Positions 9,553 to 22,157 of a DNA stretch of 64,000 nucleotides are shown here, one piece after another. The DNA comes from Lingula anatina (lineage: Eukaryota > Animalia > Brachiopoda): assembly GCA_051362555.1 (NCBI GenBank), contig CM120640.1:36103967-36167966 (forward strand). Reading direction: 5' to 3'. Each line of letters starts with the position of its first letter. The first letter of the stretch is position 1. The notes beneath the pieces were generated by a model. The model had not been told where the DNA came from. It saw only the letters and a list, made by a program, of their open reading frames with translations, and ran no database searches. A program made the translations under genes and the position numbers.

Positions 9553-12128
9553 CTAAATAGTCATCTCAAAGTCAAAGGCAATGTTATCATGTCCCCAGTC
9601 TCTCCTATTATTGGCACCTGAATGTGCTGGAGAAAACAGTGGTTCTGTGGCATGATTCTGTGCACTATGTGTATGGTCAACTACACCATCTTCCAAACCT
9701 ACATCTTGATCCAGGGAATTGATATCAGTTTCCAGATATATTGTATGGTGGGTACGTTGCCCATCCACTCTGGATGTTCTTTCTCTATGATCATTTAAAC
9801 CATCACATGCATTATCCCGACTAGTTTGTGAATGAATTTCTTTATTAGAAACATTGCCATATACAAGTGATGAAGCGGGAGCACGAGATGATGATGATGA
9901 TGATGATGACCGTAGTTCTGTTTCATTTGAGCACCTGTCTGTAGAAGTCATGTCTGCCACAGTATTCTTCATTGTTGATGGAGACCACTTCTTGTTGGCA
10001 GTGTCTGATACATGTGTATGGAGAGGGTTCTGGGAATCAGGTCCTGTACTGTCTGCACCACAGTCAGCAACTGTGGCCCTTTCACTGCTGGTATCACGAC
10101 AATGATTTCTATCTGTCTCCACCACCCATATGTCAACCGCCTCTTCTCTTGCACGGACCCCGGGTCCCTCAGTGGCACAACTTGAATTCATCTGAGCACC
10201 AGTGCTGGCAAGTTCAGTTTCCTCTAAAGCATACAGGGTTGAATCTTGCTCTTGAAAATTGCGCATCGAACTCATCCGTGATCGACTGCAATGAGGACTC
10301 GTTCTCTGTTTTTTGCGATTCTTATACCTTGTCCTCCCACAGGGAGAGTCGAAACTTCTGTCCACAGCACTATAGGGTGGAGGGGGCTCGTCATCTGTGG
10401 GGAGCATTCCTATTTCAGAGTAAGGTGGAGGGCTCCTTGCTATACTGATATACCCATTTTCCTGCACAAAGTGTATGTTTTGAGATAGATTAGGCACACA
10501 GCAGGTTGTGTTTGCTTGGGATTGACTAGTGGAAGAAACTGTGTCCCTGTCTCTCTGCGCCCTCGTTTGACGTTCCAGTGACTGCTGCCAAAAATGGCGA
10601 TTGGTGCGACTCCTCCTACGTCGTAGTTCTGACTGTGTCTGAACCTCACGAAGATGGTGCACACGGGCTCGGCAAAATGCTGTGATGGTGATGACTAAAA
10701 TCAAGAAGAAAGCCACAGAAATGCCCATTGCTATATACAAGGGCGTTGATATACCTCCCTGCTCAGAACTTGGGGCTGAAATAACTAAAAGAAAGAAAAT
10801 ATATGAAAAATAAACCAATGTGAAATTTAAAATAGTGACATCAAATACTGAAGAAACTTTCCAGAGAAAATATCACCTTAATACTTAGCATCAAGTTCAA
10901 TCTTTAAAGAGAAAAAGACAATGTGGGCTCGTGTCTTACTATTACATTACCATGAAAGAGAAGTGGAATAAACTATAATACCAAGTCCCATCACACTTAT
11001 AGTAGCCAGGCATTCAAACATAAACATGGGGTTCAAATAGTGCAGAAAGATAAAAAAAAAAAAAAATCACAGTATTTTGCAGAACTGAACTTACTACATC
11101 CATCCTCATCTTTCTGGTTCAGGCACTGGTGGTGTCCATCACAGCGGTCCATCAATGGAACACATTGACCATCACCACAGGAATAGTGGTCACTGTCACA
11201 AGATATTGAATTGTTGCCTATGGAGTTAAAGAAAGGCATCATCCATAGTGAATTAAAAGACCTGAAGTTATCGATTTCCCAAATATTAGGGCTGGTTGCA
11301 CTCTTTAATTAACTTATCAATTTTGCCTGGCCTAACTAAACCAATTTTCAAAATTTAGCTTTCCCAAACTTTATGTTGCCAGTTTATATGTCGCAGACTG
11401 AAACAAAAGTCAAACTGAATTGTCCTGCATTTTCCTATGCCTCACCTTGCACAATAACCTCCACCCTCCCCTCCTCCACAGACAGGTTCTGATGTAGCAC
11501 TTGGCATGTCAAGACAGCACTGTCCCTGACATCCACGGCCGTCAACCTTGTGGTATACTGGTTTATGGGGGTCTCCTGGTACTTGCTACCATACACCCCT
11601 CGCCAGTCCACTGTCCTAGGAGGCACAGTTGAACTCACACTGCAGTTGACATCTAATCTGGCTCCATACTGTACGAAGATGGGACTTCGTGGGGTAAAAA
11701 TAATGACAGCAGTAGTGACATCTGAAATGGAAATTTGAAAAAAAAATTATAAAATGGCTGCAGTTTAAATTAGAATTTTACACACATGTTTATGATGTAC
11801 ATATTGTTAAATTTCTTTAGTTCTGGTAAGGAGGTCAAAATAAAAATATCAAAGAAATTTTGAATAAAAAATGATATTTGCAACAGAGTACGTGCACTTG
11901 TCAAATTACAAGTCCCCCCCCCCCCCTTAAACACTTTTGGAAATTCAACAGTCAACAAGATTTAGCACTACCGTGGGCACTGCTAGATGATCAGGTTAGT
12001 TAGCTCAGTCATTAATATTCTTTTATATCAACGTTCAATCAGGCATCAACATGCGCCAATGCAATCAACTTACCGAAAAATATCAATAAGTAATTTATGA
12101 CACGGAGCAGGATCACACGACCAACCAT
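9553..12128 (-). CDS. Type I membrane protein: signal peptide, Ig-like domain, LDL-receptor class A module, TM helix, long tail with two PPxY motifs (LDLRAD-like)
   Basis: Exons 12074-12128 (MVGRVILLRVINYLLIFF), ~11446-11721 (C...W...DSAVLTC Ig fold), ~11095-11217 (CDSDHYSCGDGQCVPLMDRCDGHHQCLNQKDEDGC) and 9553-~10784 (TM LYIAMGISVAFFLILVITITAF; SPPPYSE; PPPPYSA). Introns are phase 1. Confidence 0.85.
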
Positions 12129-13113
12129 TTCTGTCCCACAATGCCCTGCTTTGTTTGGGTTCAAATTTCACCGCCAGGTGGCAGTCGACAGTCTGAGAGC
12201 ACATGGCTCAAGAGGAGTCAATCACAACAAAGCGGGTTATCTTCTTTCTTTAACGCAAGTTTTAATTTACTCAAGGTGAGTTCGAAAAGCGTGGTCAAAA
12301 TTTGTAAACACACATTTATTACTTGTAAAATGCACTAAAACCACCATCCTGTATATTTTCGACATTTTTCAGAGTACCCACGTACAGGTACATGTGTACC
12401 ATCCCGCTTAGACCTATACTACTAGACAGTAGTTGTCTAGATGGCAAACTGTGTCGTGTATTTTGATCTGGTCACTCATCCCCATCCTTCAAATGCCATT
12501 TTGAACGTGCCGACTTAGATATGTCCAGGGTTATCAGAAGCTTATCTTTATTTGTTGCTAACAATAACTTTTAGACGTGCTTGAATCAATTTTAATTGTT
12601 TGTAAGAGGTTTCTGTCATTTTCTTTGTTTCAAATTTTTATAAAAAAAAGAAATACACAGACTCCAGTTTGACATGCGTTTAATTGACAAATCTTAGCAT
12701 CTAAAAGCCAATACAGCATAGGTTAGAGTACACCTGAAAATGTTTTCTTTCAATATGACACATTTAAAAAGTTTTTCATGACTTCCTACAACCAAATTGG
12801 GAAACAGATACAATTTTTTGTGCTGTAAACTTTTGATGTACTCCTCCCTGTCATAAAGAACGTGCCCTTTCTGGAACCATATAAAAAATGCATGCACAGT
12901 TGATGAGATTTGTGTCTTTATGTACATAAAAAAGTTAAATGTCACTGGAGCTTGATTCAGTATTATCACACTCTGAGGTCAAAAATAGCATAGTTATTCC
13001 AAATTGAACTATGAATGCTTTAAATTCCACCATTTTTTCTTGTATATTTTTTAAAGTTGGCCTGCAAAAAAGGGGGCAATCCATTCTGCACCTCCTCCTC
13101 TCTCTGTCTGCAA

Positions 13114-14299
13114 TTATTCAGTCTTTTCTAAATGGTCCATGTATGCACCAGTCACAAGCTCTTTCTTGTCTATACCCAACTTCTGCATGAGATCTTCGGC
13201 TATTGCCTGCCCTTCCTCAAGGCTTTGTCCATCCTTCATCATTACCTAAAAACAGAACATGTCATCATTATTGTATTTCTCTGTTTTTGTTTACTAATAG
13301 CAACAAATTTATCTTAGGACAAAAGGAGGTGAACAGTGTTTGCATAAAAACTTTTATCTTTGAGAATAGCAAATGAATATGAACTGCAGCGTTTCCAGCA
13401 ATAAAATATTTGTCAAAGTCTGATACCTCTAGCTCCATAAAATCTCCTAGGCCATTTACTTGGTCTACATGAACCCTTGTCTGTCCCACCATAAAGAAGT
13501 ATCGGGTTTTCTTTACAACTCCCCTTATACCAATGGCTTGCCTAAGCGTTTCCTAAATTCACAAAAAAAAAAAAAGAATGTATGGCCATTTCAGTCAATC
13601 AGAATAAATCCTTTGCAGTATACAAAGTAATACTTTGAGCAAATTAACAATTAGTGACATAATGAGAACTTATCAAAAATAGATAAAAATAAAATAATAA
13701 TAGGTAAAATAATGAATAAAAATAAATGTTATTTTTATTACCTTAAAACCAGATGGATCTGGAATTGGTGTTTTCACAAAGTGACTGGATTTTGGACCCT
13801 CTGTATCTTCTCTTTCATAGTAAACCAACTCTGCACCTGTTGACTGTTAATAAAAGACACCTTATCTTTAAAAATAATTTATATACAAGAACTTTGTGTG
13901 AAATGAACATATATATATACACACAGTAGTTCAGACAGCTTGGAATCCAAAGCTATATTTTTCCTGATGATACAGCAAAATTCAGTGTAATGTAAATTAA
14001 ATAGAGACCCCATAGGAACCTGATGAATGTGCCCAAATAAAAAATGTTAATATTTACCACTAAAAGAAATCAAGCTAAAAAAATGGATGAAAATAAATTG
14101 ACCTTTTATAAATTTGATCAGATATTCATAAACTTACTTGTCGACTTTTTTGCTCCCGTAATTTCAGCCTGCCATTTGGTGTGACAAAGAAGGTGTCCTC
14201 CTGAACGAGTACATCTGAAGAATCGCTCAAGCTGGCTGCCTTTGATTTTAGCTCTTCTAAATTCGCTACCTTCGCCTTGATCTCTACATTTGTTGGCAT
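13114..14299 (-). CDS. CYTH-domain protein, CyaB (class IV adenylate cyclase)/triphosphatase-like, 173 aa
   Basis: Exons 14138-14299, 13742-13843, 13427-13552 and 13114-13245, all phase 0. Motifs NVEIKA, QEDTFF, RLKLR, ELVYYER, VKKTR, HVDQV..LG.FMELEV, AYMD. Confidence 0.9.
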
Positions 14300-14860
14300 G
14301 ATAACAGATTTATTTTGAAATTTAGCTAATTGATAATGCAAACAAAACAAAATTCGATTACCACGCATGAAGTGTTTTTTAATGCTCAGCAAGTAAGTTG
14401 TGTTTCTTACTGAATGGAATAACGTATCAGTTAAATATGTCAATGTTGTTTACACTTGTATTTCCCTCTTCTTTCGACCCACATGGCAGTGCTTTTCGAT
14501 CTCCATACAGTAAAGAATGGCACCACACTGTATTATTGCGCATAAAGTAGTTCCTTGTAATTTTACAGAATTACACACTTGTAAATTATGCATCTTTCGT
14601 TTTTATGTTATTTTAGTTTTAATAGTGCACATTTAAAGTTAATTAATCAGATAAAACATAACAGAATGAATGTGTTTTGTATTTATGTTCGGTAGATTTA
14701 AAGATTTCTTGTTCGCCATTTTGAATATTCAAAAAATCGTTTCCTGAATTTCCAACATATGAAATTTTATGTCTAAGCTTATTGTTTTAAATAATGAGAA
14801 TTCTTTAAAGCTGGATCAGGTCTTGGACATAATATATTTGAGTTTATTACAAGATCAGGT
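14300..14860. promoter_or_regulatory. Probable bidirectional promoter between the CYTH gene and KMT5B
   Basis: Head-to-head start codons ~1.1 kb apart. YY1-like CGCCATTTTG at ~14714. A + strand non-coding exon donor CAG|GTAGGT at ~14858. Confidence 0.45.
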
Positions 14861-15391
14861 AGGTATTTGCTGGGTTTACCCTGTTGTGATGCTTCTCATG
14901 TCGGTTCGTTGACGTAGCTAAAAAATCGATTAACTTTTTTTTTCGCCGTAACCTTAGCATTAAGGACACTGGCATGATAATTATTGATAACGAAAATTCA
15001 TGATATCAAATCAGTTTTCATGCTGCCAGGCGTCACGCTTTGAGACTGATGCTGACCCTCGACGTGATTTTGATTCTTCCCTTATTCATTCTGTTCATCC
15101 CGACAGCTGTGGGTTACGCAATCTGCGATGTACCAACCGATCGCATTTATTCGTGCTGGGATTTGGTGAAATATTTCTAGACAACCCACGAAACGCGAAT
15201 CAAATGTTAAAATCACTGGCATAAATATCTTATAAAATACAATATAAACAGCATTTCAAAAACATTTCAGTAGAGAGGCTTCCAGAAAAACGATAAGAAA
15301 CTTAGCAGTTTGCCATTGATGCAGAACATGAAATCTTAGCTGAATTGAAATACATGCAGTAAAAAATTTTTAACTTTTATTTTCAGCCAGG

Positions 15392-18300
15392 ATGGGGATT
15401 GAAGGTGGTAGATCTATCCCTTCTACTGGAATGACCCCTAAAGAACTGTGTGAAAATGATGATCTTGCAACCAGTATAATAGTCGACCCATACCTAGGAT
15501 TTGTGTCGCACAAAATGAACACACGGTAATATTGCTGACACTGAAAGAATAATAATTGAAAGAATACATTTAAATCATATGTATAATTTTTGGGGTTTAA
15601 GTTAACACGATAGTTTGTTTTGGAGACTGATTTGCCATGTGATTTTATGAGCAAAACCTCCACTTATTACCACCATTGTAGCACACAGTGATTGAAAGTG
15701 ATCCACATGCACACTGCAGCTGTGAAAAAAAGTCAATTCTGCCATTAAAATGTTGCTGGTAGTAAAATGGATTCATTCCTGATATACAGTTACTATACAA
15801 CTTAATGGTGAACGTATGATATTTTAAGTCAGATTTTGATAATAACTTGTAGCCATGAGTGAAATGTGATAGAAATCATATTTCTACAATAATATGAAGA
15901 CTATTATATAAATATATACTTTTCATAGTGTTAATTTCTTTGGGAATATTTTAATTTGATTATTTTGATTTTAGGTTCCGCCCAATCAAAGGTATGCAAG
16001 AAGAATGGAAAGGGTGTGTAGAGAGGTTTAAGAAGCACCAGTGTTATGAGAAAGCATACAAGGAATTGATGTCAGGAGACTGGGGAAGAACATGTTTACT
16101 CACCAAATCCAAAGCACAACAGAAAACAATGAAGGAACATGTAAGATTCAAGGGACAAATGCTGGACTAACATGAGTTGGAGAATTAAAAATTAAAAAAT
16201 TTAGAAATGTTTGACTTTTATTTAATGAAGATGAATTGTGATAACTTGTTGATTGTCTTCAGTATTATCCATGACAAACACAACTGTTTTGGAAAAATAT
16301 GTAATTGTCTTCTCATTTCAGATGTTCAGGTTCCTTCAAATGTTTGATGCACAAGCTGGGTTTGAAATCATGGCATGTCATCGTTACTCTGCAGAGGGGG
16401 AAATGGGTGGAAAGCTAGTGGCAACTAGAAAGTGGTATGAACTACACATTAATATGTAAATTTGTTAAACTCTTAATTCATTTACATATTGAATTGTTTT
16501 TGTTCACATCATTAAGTCTACCTAGGCAGACATCATTTTAAGTCTCCGGGGAGAATCCCTGTAACTTACAGTTATTTTGTATGATTTTGAAACAGGAAGA
16601 AGCAAGAAAAGATAAAAATGCTAGTGGGGTGTATAGCTGAGCTGACAGAAGAAGAAGAGGCACAGATCTTAAGACCAGGGGAAAATGATTTCAGTGTGAT
16701 GTACTCCTGTCGTAAGAATTGTGCTCAGCTTTGGCTAGGTCCTGCTGCCTACCTCAACCATGACTGCAAAGCCAATTGCAAGGTACCACCTATTCTAACT
16801 TGATTGCAGTGCTTAAACAAAATAATTTTCTTGTGCTCTGCATTAGTTTTAGAGATCCGTTTATAATTCATTGGTCACAATCATATTTACAAGTGTGAAA
16901 GAATGGTGGAAGCTGAAAAAAGACATTGGTTACAGATTACCTAATCAGTCTCTTTGTGCTAGAGTATTTTGCAGAAAAAATAGTAACACAGTGCCCACAT
17001 GAGATAAAAGATGATGAGGCCACTTATAAGACATTGCTGTCTTTGAGCAAAGTTGTTGGCAAACCTGTTTAACCCAGAATTTATTATTATTTTTTCCAAA
17101 GTTTGTGTCGACTGGTAGAGATACCGCTTGTGTTCAGACCCTGAGGAATATTGATCCAGGAGAAGAGATAACTTGTTTCTATGGAGAAGATTTCTTTGGA
17201 GACAACAACTGCCTGTGTGAATGTGAAACTTGTGAAAGGTAAAACTGATTAGCTGTTTGTCTCTGTCAATTAATCAGCTGGGAGCTGGGGAAATGGGACA
17301 TGTTTCATCTATATCTCTGTCCTCATGTCATAACTTTGTAAATGGTTTATCATTAGAAGAGATAGAACTGAAATCGCCCTTAGGAATTAAATAACTCTAC
17401 ATGAGGCTTTTGAATGGGTTTATGAAAAGGTCACCTCTGCTTACTTTTGAAAACTATATATTTGTTGTCAGATGGTCAGAGCTCATTGATCCCATACATC
17501 ATCACTCTATTTACATGTATACATTATTTTCATCTTGGTTGATATCATGTATTATTTTGAGAACAAGTTTATTCTCTTTTTATAAGACTTCAGCAAGGTG
17601 CCTTCAAGCCAAAGCATACTCCTCAGAAAAAATTAGCCAATGGCTACAGACTCAGGGAAACTACTGACAGAATCAAGAGCAATCAGAATCAGACCAATAG
17701 TCAAAAACCTTCTGCAAAGTCTGTGATACCTGTACCAGGGATAGGTAAGGGTCATTGTGAAATGTGGTAAATAAAGCGTCTTCAGTTTGTGTACAGTTAT
17801 GGTGTAGGAATTAGTGTAAGAAAATTCTGCTGCAAATGCAAAGACATACTGGAGCAGTTTAATCGTATGTAAGAAAACCTGAATAAAACGTAATTAATGC
17901 CATGCACATGAAAAAAGGAAGGAAATTAAGATGTTTTCATTGGATTCAGCTGATAAAAATTACTGATGCATTCTATATTCACAGTATTAACAATATTGTT
18001 TCTTTTCATTTTGTGTTTAGACAACTGGGATAAGCGGTCCAATAACCTGACCAAGCACGCACACCTTCTGACTAAGGCCGAGTTGAAAAAGCGAGGGATT
18101 ACACGCTATGACGCGGAGATGCTGCTTTCTCAAGGTCACAAACTACCTGACCCTAAAGCTTTCACGGAGAGAGAATCAGGAAAGAGGGGGACAGAGAGTA
18201 AGATAGCAGACTTAGCCCAGAGAAGGGGAACAAGGGGAGACACATCACAAACAAGAAAGAACTTGTCTCCATCTCACTTTAGCTGGTCTCCTTCCAGGTT

Positions 18301-18934
18301 CAATGGTTCTCCGACAAGATTTGGAACTTCTCCCACGAGACGCACACGGTTTAATTCCTGTGATGCTGATTCAACAACGGAAAATTACGTAGAGAACAAT
18401 ATTGTTTGTAATGCATCACCATCTAGAATAACAAGGCGGATGCTTAGTGCCCCTGAGACATCCTTGAGATTGTATGACGATTCTGAATTCAAAGATGGAA
18501 GTGAGACTAGTGGTAGCATGGGAAGTGAACTGTCCGAGTCCAGTTCAGATATACAAGACATCGGAGCAAAACTTCGCAGCTCTCATGGGAAATATGGATT
18601 TCACAGTATGAACGGTGATGCAACAGATAGTCAATGTGGAGGAATGCTACAGCTTAAAATTCCCAAATTGAAAATCAAAATAAGGAGAGACCAGGATGAT
18701 GAAGGCTATGAAATTTTGGGCACAACAGCATACAGACGTAAATCCAAGAAGAAAAAATCCAAGAGCAAGAAGCACAGGGACAAGAAGCGGTTTAGTGAGA
18801 GCTTTTATGCAGGGAGTGATGAAGAGGTTCTGGAGAGAAAAACTAATTTGAAGAGACTGAAGCTGAAGTTTGGAGGAGACTCTATTGACATTGACACATG
18901 TATTCCCCCTAGCAAAAGGCAGCGTATATATTAA
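15392..18934 (+). CDS. KMT5B: Histone H4K20 methyltransferase Suv4-20 (KMT5B/C family), ~602 aa
   Basis: Exons 15392-15525, 15975-16140, 16322-16434, 16596-16782, 17102-17238, 17587-17744, 18021-18934. Family motifs [85 protein letters not shown]. Confidence 0.95.
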
Positions 18935-21316
18935 TGATAACCATGTGTTAATTTCTAAATTTTGATAGCGTAGATATTTTGCTGGATTCAAATGGCAACA
19001 TAGGTTGCTGAAAAAAAAAAGTTCTAGGCTCTCTGGTTATACTTTTTAGTAATTTGGTGCAATATCTTGGATTATTCTTGGCAAAAGGAGATCATTTGTT
19101 TGTTCTCTAAAATCATTAAGTGCAATTTACTTTCATTGTATGTTTTTTTGATGTGTTCCACCAATTTGACTTTCATCTTGCTGAAAACATGCACATTTCA
19201 AGCACTCCTATGTATTCAGAATTATCATTCAGTTCATTTTTAGGCATCATGGTTTCATACTTTGCTATATGGATATCAGTTTGCTTTCAAGAGCATTTGG
19301 AACTTGGTCTTAATAGATATAGTACTATTAATGAATTAGTGTGGATCTCCTTTGTTTTTGCAATTCTGTCAAATGTTAAGATGTTGCTTAAAAAAAAACA
19401 AAAAAACAATGGGTAAGCTTGTTTGGAAGCAAAGTCTTAAGAGAAGTTACCTTTCACTAAAGTAAATAAGATGACTTGTAGACAATGCACGTTGATAAAA
19501 ATGGTTATGTCAATATTGTTCTCCAGATGTTTGATACCAGCAAATACTGAGTTTCAGAAATTGCATTTCACCATGTTCTTATTCAAAACCAATGTATCAC
19601 ATATATAACACTGGTAGAATTGCAACTTACGGGATCACTGAAGTTCTCACAAATCTTTTCATTTTTTACGGTACTTGTGTCAGAAAATTAACCATTCTTG
19701 CCAGCAGAGGGAGATTGTTGAATGCATTTTTTCTATGACTACATATTTATTTGGTTTGGATTATTACCTGAACTGTCACTTGCACTCAGTTTTTCCAATT
19801 TGATTTCATAAATTTTAATCTTGAACAGATGCTGTAGGCTTATTTACTCAGCATATTTCAAATTACAGTGCAAGTTATGATTAAATTAATTTTCTGGTAA
19901 TTGTGGACACATTGCCAAAGTGTTCCCTAAAATTACTTTTAAAGTGGGGGTCTAGCGAGTGCAGTCACTCACATCAGTTGTCATTTGGGGAAGTACGAGC
20001 AACATGCACGCAGTATTACATGTATGTACACACTGTATGCTGTAAGATATAGAATTTAGTAGTTATGAAAATGCTTTGGAAGGCATTTTATTTATGGTTT
20101 TTGTAGGCTTGTTTGAGAGATCATATGGATGTTTGCTAAAATATTGTAGCATTAATATGTTGGACTGGAGTGGAATTCTGAATTGTAAAGACCTGTTGTT
20201 TATTTGAGAATTGGCTTGTGATAACCATTTTTATTAGAGATTTTAATATCAAACAAGGTCATAACCTCATTCATTATAAAAGATTCATGAATAACTACAG
20301 GTTATGGATTATTTAAACTCACTGTTATGTAAATTATTTCATTGCAACTGTTTGACTTGAACGTAAAACATTTGGGGAGTGCTGAGATTGTGAATTGTGC
20401 TTGTGAACAAAATTTGAAATAGTAGTTTTTGTAACTGAGTTGATATTATTTGCTGTTTTATTATATTATTGAAACATTTAGAGCCATGAAGATGTGTATG
20501 AATGCATTTCATAAATCTTTGAGAGTTGAACATTAAAACTATTGAAATGTTAATTATCTTTGGTTAATAAATGCTAAAACATATGGATCCCGGATTTTAC
20601 TATTGGTGGAGGGCTGGGGGCGCAGAGTTAAAAATGTTTTTTTTTTAAATATATGTAAATGAAAAGCTTGACATTAATGTATGTACAAACTATATTTAAA
20701 AAAAGGAAAATAAGGATTGGTAATATGGATACATCTTAAAAATGTGCATTTTAAATCTGTGCTACAACTTATTTAACAGTTTTGCATGTACATTACCTCT
20801 CGATCCAATATAGTTTAGTCTCTTATGTTCAAAGATACTTATATTCAACACAGTCTACTGTATGAAGTTTGCTACATGGTATTTATTTTCTTTTACATCT
20901 TGTAGATAGTCGATCTTACCTGCTGTCAGGTTCATCATGATCTCAGTTTACTAAGTTTTGGGAAGTAATTAGCAGTGTATTGTATTGTTAGTCAATTATT
21001 TGTTGATGAATAAAATCTCAGTTTAAATTCCTTTAAAGTATCTGGCTGTGCTCTTTTGTGTCTTAAGACAATTTTATTATCTCATTTTTCATAAAAAGTA
21101 CTTGGAATTAAGACGGTGAGACCTTTCAGAACAAGTTAATCTACAGACTAACAGATCTGCCGACTAAATATGGCTGACTCACATGTAGGCAGTGCTGATT
21201 AAGTCCATGGCCTCCCTGCCTCCACATGCTGTCGCTGCAGGGGGCCATCCAATTAAACCTTGGAGCTAAGATTTAAGCCCTTTAATTTTGTTGATAGAAG
21301 TGAAATAGGAGTGTAA

Positions 21317-21482
21317 AGCCCCATTTAGAAAAGGGACTAACTAGTCCGAGGGTCAAATCTGATGACCTGCTAAAAAGCTTGTTGCCTAATCGACACTGAA
21401 TAGATATCCTGTGGGGAAGTATTAAAGTGGATCGGCCATATTTGACCCTCGGACTAGTTAGTCCCTTGTTCTGAATGGCCCC
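21317..21482. mobile_element. MITE with ~40-bp terminal inverted repeats
   Basis: GCCCCATTTAGAAAAGGGACTAACTAGTCCGAGGGTCAAAT (21318-21358) is inverted to ATTTGACCCTCGGACTAGTTAGTCCCTTGTTCTGAATGGCCC (21440-21481). Confidence 0.75.
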
Positions 21483-22157
21483 TGACAAAAGAAAAATTGT
21501 GTAAACTGTCTCTTTATTCAAGGTGAACAGTGATAATAATTTCATCAATGTAAAAAGAAAGTGTCATTTGTTTTAAATCTCGGACTAGGCTAGACCAAGG
21601 CATTAGATTTCTATCCAATCATTCCTTGGGGAGAGCTACCTCAAAAGCAATGGATGATAAAAAAAAAAAAAAAGAAAAAAGAAAGAAAGAAGAAGAAAAA
21701 ACTTCTTCTAAATTAAAACCTGCATAGAGTTGCCGAAAAATAATAAAATTTAACAAGATTACTTTGTAAAGTAAACAATATTTTAGAAGGTGGGAGTGGT
21801 TAGTTATTTCAACGCTACCAAATGGGGATTTTGGACTACCGATCTTCAATCATGGGAGGTTGTCAAGTACAACTACCGCAATGGAGATGTGACGTCAGGT
21901 TTTTACCACCCCAGTCGAGAAAACAAGATATACATGCATTTGGTTTTAGTGTTTAAAGACCAGTCTGTAAGTCTGCAAGATCACAGTTCACTACAAAACA
22001 GTAAAATACTTGAATTATACTCTTGGTGGCCTAAAAATTATTTTGGTAGCTTCATAGCTAAAGAAGCAATAAATATCGTGTTGCATGGATTGTGGTAAAA
22101 TGAGTCGTGCTCAACACACGTGAATTTGCCTTTATTCGAGTTGTTGCTGTTGAAAGG

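Noticed and set aside
13114-14299. Bacterial contamination or recent HGT of cyaB
   Set aside because: The gene has three spliceosomal introns and sits between animal genes.
18647-18991. Antisense ORFs over KMT5B, Caprin (26627-27085, 28552-28953) and the LDLa gene (9972-10448)
   Set aside because: Shadow frames of real exons with no independent motifs.
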